From positions 88,102,001-88,166,000 of the forward strand of contig CM059438.1 of assembly GCA_030390025.1 (NCBI GenBank): a stretch of DNA of 64,000 nucleotides. Direction: 5' to 3'. The notes under the pieces are model-generated. The model saw only the letters and a program-made list of their open reading frames with translations. It searched no databases and was not told where the DNA came from. Made by a program: the position numbers and the translations under genes. Each line of letters starts with the position of its first letter. Positions within the stretch are counted from its first letter, which is position 1. Source of the DNA: Squalus acanthias. Lineage: Eukaryota. Positions 25,601 through 37,600 of this stretch are shown one piece after another.

Positions 25601-28600
25601 CAGAAAAAGTTAGAAATACATAGCAGGTTCATCAGAATCTGAAAAAGGTAGGCTAACATTTTGGTTGGAGACTATTCATCAGAACTTGAATTACAGGCAC
25701 GTGAGGATGAATCCAGTCTTCACTGTCTCGTAGAGAGGCTCCTCATTGTGAAATGTATGCCAGTTGCGAGCTGGGGTGAGGGAAAAATGACGTTACTAAT
25801 GCGTCTCTGCTGCAAACTTATAGCCATTGCATAGTCTGTTGTTGGCTGGTGCACTAGCGAAGGCCATCGCTTGGGCTGTCTTGCTCTCCCGTGTGAAGTA
25901 AGCTGTACGTCACTGGAACCATGATAAATTTGTGGGTGAATGGAAAAATAAACTGCAGCAGAGTATTGCAAGTATCTTTAAGAATATATAGTAAGAAGTG
26001 AGTAAACATGGGAGATTGGGCTCAAGATGCAAGTTTGAGTAATGGGGTTTGTCTGTGTGTTGATTATGGTCTTGAGTTTGGAAACCATTGTGCAGAAAAA
26101 CCAGGAGTGAGTATCTTGAGACCTTATGGTCTTGTCTCCTGTAGAGCGAGAGCAATAGTGAGGATGCTGGTGAGGGTGAATACGTCAATCTGTATTCGTC
26201 CAACCAAACCAATGGAGACCTCTCTCACCCAGAAGCAGTAAGTAGCTTCAGAAGCATGTTGAGTCATTGCTGCTTGGCTGTAGAGGAAAGCATGCTGGAA
26301 ATGGTCTTTTGTTGTGCTGCTCATATCATTGTGCTGTGAAACTCATCATTAATAAAATTAACACCCCAACCAACCACCTGCCCAGTATCCTTTTTTGCCC
26401 TGCTTAGATGGTAGGATATCACATGACAAATTTGTCTGGCAAGTACAATGTCGTTGGTAGGTCGAGATGCCATTATGGTCAGGAAGTGTTGCACTTTTTT
26501 GCCAAAGAAAATTTAGCTTAATTTGTTGAGATATAATTGGCGATTTCTACCATCAACAGTTGACATTGAAGCAAAACATAGGCCAACTTCTAATTGATAG
26601 GTAAGATTTTGTAAAATATCTAGTGTGGGTCCCTTTCTTTAAGCTTAATTGCATCTGCAATGCACTACTACATCCTGCTTTAGGTTTTGTGGACTACTGC
26701 ATTATTGCAACTTCCAGTTCCAGGCATGCAGTGCACTGCAACACTTCAATGCACAATCACAGCTAGGATGTCATAGCTTCACCCAGCTTTATACTTGCAG
26801 GCTCAACGCAAATTTCAGTGGGCTTACAACAGCTACGCAGGGATAGCACTGTCTCGACATCTAGCTTGGCATTGCTGCATCCAGTTTTGTATTTGAGGTG
26901 CACACAGATGAAGGATGACTCTGCTTTGTCTATTTCTTCAACTGCAGTGCAAGTAGACGATTACTACATTAGTACCCAGCATCTCTCTACGGGAAAAGTC
27001 ATCAATCATATTGCATCACTCAAGACATTTACAGCAGGGAATAAATCACGTTCTCGCAGTGCAGGGAACTGTGGGACACTGTTTAATTTCTGCAGCTGAT
27101 TCAGCTGTGTGTACAGAATACTGAATTGCTTCTTGGTATTCCAGTCATTGATCAAACATGTAGTTGAGAAGTCTGTGGTTGTTGGTCTTGGTGGTGTAGC
27201 TTTGTAGCTTCTTATTAAAATATGTGCCTTTAACATGCCTCATACTGCTACACGTATAACTGCTTGCATGGAGAATGGCTATTGGCCATTGGACTGCTTT
27301 CTCTCACATGGCTGCAGTAATGAAAATGGATTAATTGGCTTTCTACTCCAGCCTTTCTGCATGAGAATATATTGAAATATAGGGCTTTCAAGAATAGTAA
27401 AAGTGTGTAACTGATTGTTCGTTTGGTATAACTAATCAGTTATAAACATATTTCTCCTGATATGTACATGCAAATATAACTACCAGTTGCTCAATTATGC
27501 TCCTCATTGTTCCTTCTGTAGTATGTGCTACATTAATCTTGAATGATATACACCTAATACTTGTACAGATTGGAGACTAAGCAATTACCCAGTTAATTTG
27601 GGTTGATAATTGATTGGGTTGACCTGGGTCTGCTGTTTTAACTCTGAAAGCTCTATGGCAAACTAATCAATTTTAATTCCTTTGCCTTATGGAATTATAT
27701 GTCCTAATTGACCACCCTGTTGGAATAGTGGATAAAATGCTCACTTTGCAGTTTGAGGGTACAGCACCAGTCTCTGTTTGGAGAATTTGCCACAGTTCTG
27801 GCAACACTGGGTGTAAAATTTGCTGCTACAAAAGTTAAGTGGGTGTATTATCCTCTACACTAAGTTGCCTATTTCGCAGTTATTTTTATAATGCCCAGCA
27901 ATTAAGGGCTACTCCTACACTAACTTTCTAAAATTATTTTGGGTACTAAATATCTCTTGCCACTCAATATATACTAGTGCTGACAGTAACATTTTCCAAA
28001 TGTGATTTTCTGCAGATTTCTGATTATTATAAAGTTTTTTTTTAAAGTACAGAACCATAGAATAGTCCTCAATTTAGCAAATTCATACAGATTTACAAAC
28101 AAGTTGCCTATTTAGTAATAAACCTATTGGCCGGTTGACTTTGAATGCTGAAGGAGGATCTTGACAGTGACTGTACCAAGATCACAGTAAAATTATTTTA
28201 CATACTCTCGGGTCGGGGAGTTCTATGATTCTGTACATTTCTCGTTGCAATATTCAGTATTGGATATTTGCAGAACATAATTTTTTTGATATCATACAGT
28301 AGTAAACTGATATTTAGCACTTCAAAGGTTCATATTTCCTGGGAAAGAGAAACCCAGTGTTAGATAGTCATCGACCATTTTTTATTCTTTCTTTCTGGCT
28401 ATTCAGGAAATACCGATGTGTGCTGACACTGTAAGTGATTCCATCTTTAACTTTTGGCTTAAATTACAATAGTACAATTGTACCCAGCAACTTTTAACAT
28501 GTTTTTGGACAATATGATCATCAATAGTAAATAATACTTGGGAATGGCTGTAATTATTGTGGGGTCTCTATTTATCTATGTACTTGAAAAATTATAATAG

Positions 28601-31600
28601 CTGCACCGATTGGAACTCGGTATCCAAGTTCAGTCAAATGTGTGCTGCTTGTTAACCAAGTTGAATTCCTAGCGTGCATTTTTTACATTGTTTAACATAG
28701 TTTGTTTCCCTCCAGGAGCCTGTAGGGTCTCCGAATGAACAAGAGATCCATCACAATGACTCTCCAATATCAACAACTAATGAAAAGGAAATCCAAGATA
28801 GAGATGACAGGTGGGATTGTAGACAAAAACCTACACCCCTCTTTTCTCTTAATCAAAACAACTCTTGATACCAAATTTATTCTGGGTTATAATCATGATT
28901 GACCATGTGCTGTCATTTGTCATGTGCATATATAATGCATTTTTTTGTAATGCTGTAATTAGCAGATATAAAGATTTTGTATTTGATTTTTAATTATATG
29001 AATAAAAGGGTGCTTTCATTAAGTTTGGGATTTGTTCAAAGACAATTGGAATCTGCTTAACCATAATCCTAAAGCTACAAATCCTTTCTACATATTTCCT
29101 ACAGCGACTAAAACAGTTCAAAGTAAGTGTTAGCTTCACATTGGCTTTAAGATTCAGTGCAACAGGGAAGTCAACATGATGATGACTGGTATTATTTGAG
29201 TGTGAGAAATAGACTACATTGAACAAAGGCAAGCATGCATTTATATAGCGCTGTTAAAAGTAGAGAAACAATATCCCAAGGGGCTTCGTACAAGGGTAAA
29301 AATGGACACTGAACATGAATGGGAGAGTTGGGAGATGTAACCAAAAACATGGTCAAATAAGTAGATTTTGAGAAGGTGTTTCAAGGTAAGGAGAGAAAAA
29401 ATGAGGTGGAGAGATTTATGGAGGGAGTTTCGGAGCGTAGGGTTTAGTCAGCTGAATGCTCTACCACTCACAGCGGGATAGAGGGAGAGAGGGTGCACAG
29501 GAGGCCATAGTTAAAGGAACAATGGGCCAGGATGGGATATAAGGATGGGAAAGGTTATAGAGGTGGGCAAGGCCATGGAGGGATTTGTAGATGAAGATTT
29601 GAAATTAATATATTGGGGGATATGCAGCTAATATAAGTAATATAATGGATTGGATTGATGGGTAAGTGAGACAGTGCAGAACAAGGAGGCACGGAAACTA
29701 ATTTTGGCCTAGTTGGAGTTCATGAAGATTGGGGGACTGGTAAAGGGGGTGGGGGAGGAATGTTTGTCGGAAAAATCAAGTCTAGAGGCAGCAATAGCAC
29801 AGATTAGGATTTCCGCTGCAGTGGGAGTAAGTTAGCGGTGAAAGGCAAAAGTTGAAGTAAGCAGTCTTGTTGATGTCATTGTGCAACTCTGCTCCAGATC
29901 AAACAGGGCACCAAGGTTATGTACTGTCTGGTGCAACCCGAGCAAGCAATCAGGACATGAGATAGTCGGCAGCAAAGATAGAGGTTTTGGTAGAATCCAA
30001 CTATGGTAACTTCATTCTTCCTAGTGTTCAGTTGGAGGAGATTCTGGTTCAACCACAACTTGATGTCAGACAGTTAGTCCGAGATAATTGTGGAGTCAAG
30101 GGAATTACTGAGGTACAAACGAGTGTCATCAGGATACAAATGGAAACGGTTTGTGGATGATGTAGAGGGGTAACATGTAGATGAAGAAAAGGAGGCTGAG
30201 GATGGATCCTTGGAGTAGACTGTAGGTGATCACGTGGGCAGGAGGAAAAGTCTATACTTGACGCACTGGCTGCATTCAGACAGGTAGGAAGGGAGCCACA
30301 CAAGAGAAGTGTAATGGAGATGGACCCCGGAAAATGGTGATGGAGGAGGGTGGTGTGATTGTCTGCATTGAATACCGCAGAATGGACAAGGAGGGTAATG
30401 TATCACAGTCGCAGGAGTTCTCATTAGTGACTTTGATCACAGCTGTCTTGGTGCTGCTGATGGGATAGAAATCAGACTGAAGGGATTGAAACAGGAAGTT
30501 GAGAGTTGGGAGGCAAGGGCCCATTCAAGGACCTTGAAGAGGAAAAGGAAGTTGGAGATGGACTGGTTGTTGGGGCAGCCAAACGTTGAGGATGGGGCTT
30601 TTTGAGAGGAAAATCCATTAGAATTAAACTGAGCAGAAAGCTATGAATTGTGTAGATGGTAAATTGGATGACATTTAGGATACAGTTTTCTCCCTTTGTA
30701 TATTATATTTGCTTGAAATATGCTGTTTCCATACTCATTTCTGTGCTGCATGAACTCATTGTGTCTAATTTACCTGTTGATCATTTCTGTACTGTCTGTC
30801 TTTTCCCTAGGCGAGCAGACACTCCGAGTTCGCCAGATTTGGATCAAAATGATGAAACGGATGAATTGTCACTCATCGATCACGAAGAGATTGTGGCTAG
30901 GCTAACACTCAAACAGGAGGTAATGTATCCTTTAGCACAGACTGTGTTTCGACTGATGCACTTGCTGTGGATTAATTTGTTGACTTTTAATCTTTCATTC
31001 CTTTAGTGCTGCATTACCAGCTGAGCAATGTTTACCTGCAAAGGAGCCCCTTGCTCCCTGTGAAATAGCAACACCATCATCTGTTGCTAGGTTAAAAACT
31101 AATACTCGATGTGGTGTTAATGTCAAAACAACAAACTTAGCAATTTTCAAAAATGATATTTCCCAGCTGCATGAAGTCTCTTGTGGCACTGTATGGCATA
31201 CAGTGTGTGGAACACTCGTTTTTCGAAATCACTGGGTTTCTTTAGACCATAACATCTGAATTGTTCAAAGGCCACGGTACCAAAATTTTCCATCTTGGCT
31301 ATTATATCTGGGAGTCGATATATAGTTAAACTTTCAAGATCAAGGATGCAGTTACAATATCTAGCAACAACTTGTTTTTTTTTAAGCGTCTTTAACGTAG
31401 TAAAACCTTCCAATGCTCTTCACAGGAGCATTATCAGCCAAAATTGGACTCCGAGCCGCATGAGCTATTAGGAACAGGAGTAGCCCATTCAGACCATGGC
31501 TGATCTGTATCTTAACTCCATTTACCCGCCTTGGCTCCATATCCCTTGATACCCTTGGCGAGCAAAAATCTTATCAATCTCAGATTTAAAATTATTAATT

Positions 31601-34600
31601 GAGCTAGCATCTACTGCTTTTTGTAGGAGAGAGTTCCACACTTCTATCACCCTTTGGGTGAAGAAGTGTTTCCTAACTTCTCAATTCTAAAACCTCAATC
31701 AAATCACTCCTTAGCCTTCTATATTCCAGGAAACACAAGCCTAGTTTATGTAATCTCTCCTCAAAATTTAACCCTTGGAACCCTGGTAACATTCTGTTGA
31801 ATCTGCACTGCAGTCCTTCCAAGGCCAATACATCCCTTCTAAGATGCGGTGCCTAGAACTGTACACAGTACTCCAGATGTGGGCTAACCAGGGCTTTATA
31901 TAGCTGTAGCAAAACTTCTTCCCTTTATATTCTAACCCTCTAGATATAAAAGCTAACCAAAAACTTACTCAGGTAGGTTTTAAGGAGCGCCTTGAAGGAG
32001 TAGAGGTAGAGGGGTTTAGTGATGGTATTCCAGAGCTTAGGCCTCGCTATCTCTCCTCCTTTTAAGATGCTCCTTAAAACCTACCTCTTTGACCAAGCTT
32101 TTGGTCACCTGCCCTAATTTATCCTTATGTGGATAGTGTCAAATTTTTTTTGTCTTAAAATACTCCTGTGCAGCGCCTTGGGACGTTTTACTACGTTAAA
32201 GGCACTATATAAATACTTGTTGTTGTTGGAACTGAGGACCAGAACTGATGAAGCATAAAGGCTACTGAGCCATGACTAACTTGGCAAGAGCTGTGCTTGA
32301 TTCAAAGCTTCCATATCATTGAAGCAAATTGAAGTGATACATTTACATTCTATGCTTGGATCAATGATTTTATATATAGCAGATGTGCGCCTTGCCTAGT
32401 ACACTACAAATATGTGCTTGTATCAGACTTAAATATAATGGGGGTGAATGGAAATACAGTAGGACCCAATTAAATAAATAATCTAGTCCCCAACAAAACT
32501 TATTTATTTTTTGAGCAATTCTACAAACTGAGTATCCAATTTTTCCCATTGCTTCTGTTGCACTGCTGTCTCAATCTAGCAGAGCAGTTTGCCCAGTGTT
32601 GTCCATCACAGTCAAGTTTGGGTAGAGCCCAGGGTTTCATTAAACAGCTGAATGAACTTCCAGTAGAATAGCTGAGTTGCAGTCATTGGAAACATCATAA
32701 CCTGTCTTTTCTCTTCAAGAATACTGACTGGTCTGTGCATTTCCAGCATTTTCTGTTTCTGTTCTCGAGCCTTTTGAGCGGTCTATTATAAATTGCCCAA
32801 GAGCAGACAAAGATTATGCTCCTCTTTTTCTTTGTTTTCAGTAAGAGAGAGCCACTGCTCTGTACCCTCCCCATGAAGATTTAAATCGGATCAGAAAATG
32901 CCTGTGGAGAGAACTGAAGTCGAAACAGACTGTATCAGTCTTCTCAATTTAATCGGAGTTCAAAATATTGCGTCTCACAGACAAACGGTTATAGAGCTGC
33001 ATAGATGATTTATACCATGTGTGGTGTGCATACTAAGATTTTTCAAATTTCTACACATGCCAGAGCAAGTTTATTTAAACAGATTTTATGTGAAGCATAA
33101 ACAAAACAATATGAGAGAGGATCATGTCTCTATTCATGACGTTAGTCACAGTTAGCACACTAGCCCCTCAACATTCCCGGAACATTTGATAGTTCTCGCA
33201 TCCTGGCCTTAACATGAAACTGGCTGCTTGTGGTGCATCTGAGATGTTGAATAGGTTATATTACTTCCTCACAGGATGCAAACAGGAGGTTGTGATAAAT
33301 GGATGTTCATTGCCTTATCACAACGTCTATACACGAGATTCCATGGGGAAATGTGCTTGATGCCACTCTTTTCATCAAGGACCCAATATATGTCATCAAA
33401 AGCATTTGTCTCTTGCAGTCATTCTGCTAAATGTTGATGTTTCACATCAGTCTCTAGTTCACTTCAAAACAATTATACAAAATTAGTTTAAATGTGAGGT
33501 TGCAGGATTCATCCATTATATCTTTTTGTTTTAACACAGAAACTAATGGTTAAAATGCTGCACTTGGTTAAATTGGTTAGAGCTTTAAATGTGCATTAAA
33601 TTTGATTACTCTACATTCAATTGTGGCATTCAATCAATTAAAATCTATTTTCAAAGTTGGAGTTGTGCACCTGGGGCAAATCATGGGATCTGCTCACATC
33701 TTTTGTGTATATACAGAATGCAAGTAAAGTTTTCCATTAACTACAGGAAATCTATTACTTTCACTCTCTTTTCTGCCCCTGAGAAAACATAAGGTAATAA
33801 AGTACTCCAGTGTGGGCTAGCCCTCATTAGAGTCTGCAAGAACGATCACCGAATTGAATTGGCTGCAGCCAATTGTTGCCTCAGCTTCAGAAGCTAATAT
33901 TCAGAACAGATGCAGATGTGGCCAGGACCCAATGGGCCATGAATTGCATTACTGACTGTGCAGGAGGAGGCCTTGCCTCCTTATCTAAGGATTGATTTTG
34001 AGTTGTGACGGCAAAGCCCCTGGTAGCCAGCAGCTGTCAAAAACAATCGCACAATTCATCGCTCCTCAGAGCTTGTGTGCCCCTTGAGTGGGGGGTGCAG
34101 TGCAAGGGCAGAACTGGAATCTACGTGTAATCATTTTGGATGTGAGTTAATTGGCAGTTTGGTGCAATGTTCCTTACATTAAGACAAAAAAACAGATTGC
34201 AGTTTACTGATCACCCTGAATTAGAAGTCAAGTTTGAGTTTAAGTTTCTATTGAAATATACAGCATTTGATTATTTACCATTGATGTGGTTGGGGATGCT
34301 ACCTTGGTCATTTAACTTTTACTGTATTTAAATGGACTAATTAAGTCTGAACTGACTTCATAATTTTATTTTTTCCAGACATGGGGAAGGGACAGTGCAT
34401 TTTTGGTCCTCAAAAAATATACTGTTCACAAGAGGGAATGAGGGGCAAAAAGACCAGTTCAGTCTTTCACGTGGAATTTGACGGGTTAGCCCGTCAGATA
34501 CCTCCCTTTGCTGGTTCCCACATTTTAACCCACGTTCTATTATAAATCCATCACTCCCACTGGGATTTCATGCCAATTGTTTCCAGATGCACCATATTCT

Positions 34601-37600
34601 TAAATGCTCATCCATTCTTGGGTACTTGACTGAATCCGATTCTAGCAGTACTTCATACAGGTAAGCGTTGCCAAAAAAAATGCCAGAAAAATTAGAAATT
34701 TTAAACTTTTCCAAATACTCTTCCCTCACATTATGTACCATGAGCCGTAAAGATTGATTACATACAAGTCACTTTGAATGCATCTTGAGCTTCCTTCCAT
34801 AATTTTAATTTCACGGGTATGGAGAACTTGGACCCAAGAAAGTTCTTCTGCAGGGCACAGGATTTGAGGTAAAAACAGAAAATGCTGTAAATACTCAGCA
34901 GGTCAGGCAGCATCTGTGGAGAGAGAAACAGTTAACGGTTTCAGGTCAATGAGCTTTTGTCAGAACAGGATTTGAGGATTAGGAGATACTGTTTAAAGTA
35001 AAGGATGTCAAAAGAAAATAGGACATTTGTTAGTTAATCACATTAATTTTAATTTTTGGTTGCTTCCGCTCCTCCATTCTTCCTCACCAATTGATCTTCC
35101 AGTTTAACTACTTATACTTTCCTACCAACTTCGTTGAAATCTTTCTCTCTTACCACTCCACCCCACAAAAATACACTCCATTCAATTGGTACACACGGAA
35201 GCTTTTTGTAGTTAGTAGTTTCTCCTCCCTATTCCTATCCACCCACCCCATATCCTATCAAGTTGTCCAGATATGTAGGCAATGATCACATTGACCTCCA
35301 GGTAATTGAAGCTGCTTTTTGTGCTAGGCTGAAACTAGCAAATAAATCAACAATTTTAGATCCCTTTTATTGTCCATGCATTATTGCACAAGTACAATGT
35401 GCATTCACATCCTGATTTTTATGTATCTAGTACTCATTGTACCCAACAGTTGAATCATCTTCCCAGCCCTCGTTTTTTTTAAATGATCGATGCTCCTGTG
35501 TGCAATAAATTTCTTCCTTTGGACATCCAAGAGACTGCCGCTCTTTTATCTTTTATTCATTTTAGCACATTCCCAATTTAATAGAATAAGCAGTATCTTT
35601 CCAGATCAGGTAGCCTCCTACCACCTCTTTCCTTTTTAATTTTTCAGTTCCTACTTGTGGATGCCTTCTGTTCCCTATTAAAATTTTAATCTTTTGTAAT
35701 GTACATTCACTCCCTCCACCACCGGTGTACCATGGCTGCAGTGTGTACCATCTACAAGATGCACTGCAGCAACTCGCCAAGGCTTCTTCGGCAGCACCTC
35801 CCAAACCTGCGACCTCTTCCACCTAGAAGGACAAGGGCAGCAGGCGCATGGCAACACCACCACCTCCAAGTTCCCCTCCAAGTCACACACCATCCTGACT
35901 TGGAAGTATATCGCCGTTCCCTCATCGTCGCTGGGTCAAAATCCTGAAACTCCCTCCCTAACAGCACTGTTGGAGCACCTTCACCACACTGACTGCAGCG
36001 GTTCAAGAAGGCGGCTCACCACCACCACCTTCTCGAGGGCAACTAGGGATGTGCAATAAATGCTGACCTTGCCAGTGACGCCCACATCCTGTGAACGAAT
36101 AAAAAATAATAAATCCTTGCAAGAAGCTATCGGCAACAAGTTGTGTAGTGCCTTTCACATAACTGCCCAAAAGTGCTTCACGCAAGGGAGAGCGTTTTCT
36201 GCATAGTGGTAAAAGAGATGGTCAAAAAGGTTTAAAGGTGGGAGAGAATTAATAAATTAAGGTGGTTCAGAAAGTAGGCTGGAGATAGCTGAGGGGTTTG
36301 CTGCAGATAGAGGAATGAAGAGAAATGGATACACAGGAGGCCAGTATCAGAGGACTGAGGGGTGCAGGCTAGGATGCAGTGCTGGTGGTAGCGTGCATCA
36401 AGAATTATTTTTAATGGGAGCGAGGATTTTAAATTCAGTGCATTGGGGGACAGGCAGTCAATGGAGGTTCGTCCAGGGCAGTGGTGATGGGTGAGTGGGA
36501 CTTGGTGCAGGACTGTATGTTGGTGACAGTTTTGCGCATGTTGGAGTTCATGTAGGATAGAACGCCTAAGGTCATTGGAAAAGTCAAGACTTGACTTAAC
36601 AAAAGCATGGATAAGCGTTTCTGTGAGAATGGGGTGAGCTTGGGGGAGGGGCTGAGGAGTCATCACGCAGAGGTGGAATTAAGCAGTCTTGATGGATAAG
36701 GTATGGGTTTTGAACCCAAATCAGGGTCAAACAGGACACTCTGTACCACCTGGTTCAGCCTGGCTGAGCAGCTGAGGAAGGGGACGGAATTGACAAAGGA
36801 GTAGAAGTTTTGGTGGGGAGGAACGATACGACGGCTTCAGTTTTCACCATATTCAATTGGAGAAAATTCTGGCTTATCCACGACTTGATGTCAGAGAAGC
36901 CTTGTGATAAGAGGTGGTCGCTGAATCCAGCGGGCGGGTAGAGAGGTCAGGCTGGGTGTCATCAGTTTATGCATGGAAACTGACCCCCATGCCTACAGAT
37001 AATGTCTGAGGGCCAGAATGATCGGGGGATTCAAGGATGGGATACTTCGGTAGTGAATCAGGGATTCGAGCCATTGTTGGAGATGTGATGGATACTTTGG
37101 GTCAGATATGAGTGGCAGGTCAACTCTACAGGAGACAGTTGATGGAGTGGTTGACTATGCTGAATGTGGGATTTTCATAATATTTACACTTCCACACTCA
37201 GTGACTTCATCTTGTTCTTTGTTTGTTTTGAATGTTGTGACTGCTCAGGACTGATTTCAAGTTTTATCATGTTACAAATATTTTGTATCAACTTCATAAC
37301 CAATCTGTAATATACTATAGCACCCACTGTGTATGCTATAAACCTTCCAGATCAGTCAGTTTTTTTTTATTACACTTGTATGCTACCTCTCTTGCACAAT
37401 GATGAAAGCAGTCAAAAATGAACTTGATTTTTATTCAGTATTGTAAACAATAGCCTATACCTGCCAGTGAGTTAAAGGAAGTATTCAGTCTCTGGGGTTT
37501 GTTGACCTTCATAAATCCATTGCAGTTTGACATTGAAACTGCTCAATTTAACTGTCTTATAAATAAAATGTAGGATGACACTGTGGAGCAGGAAGAAAAT

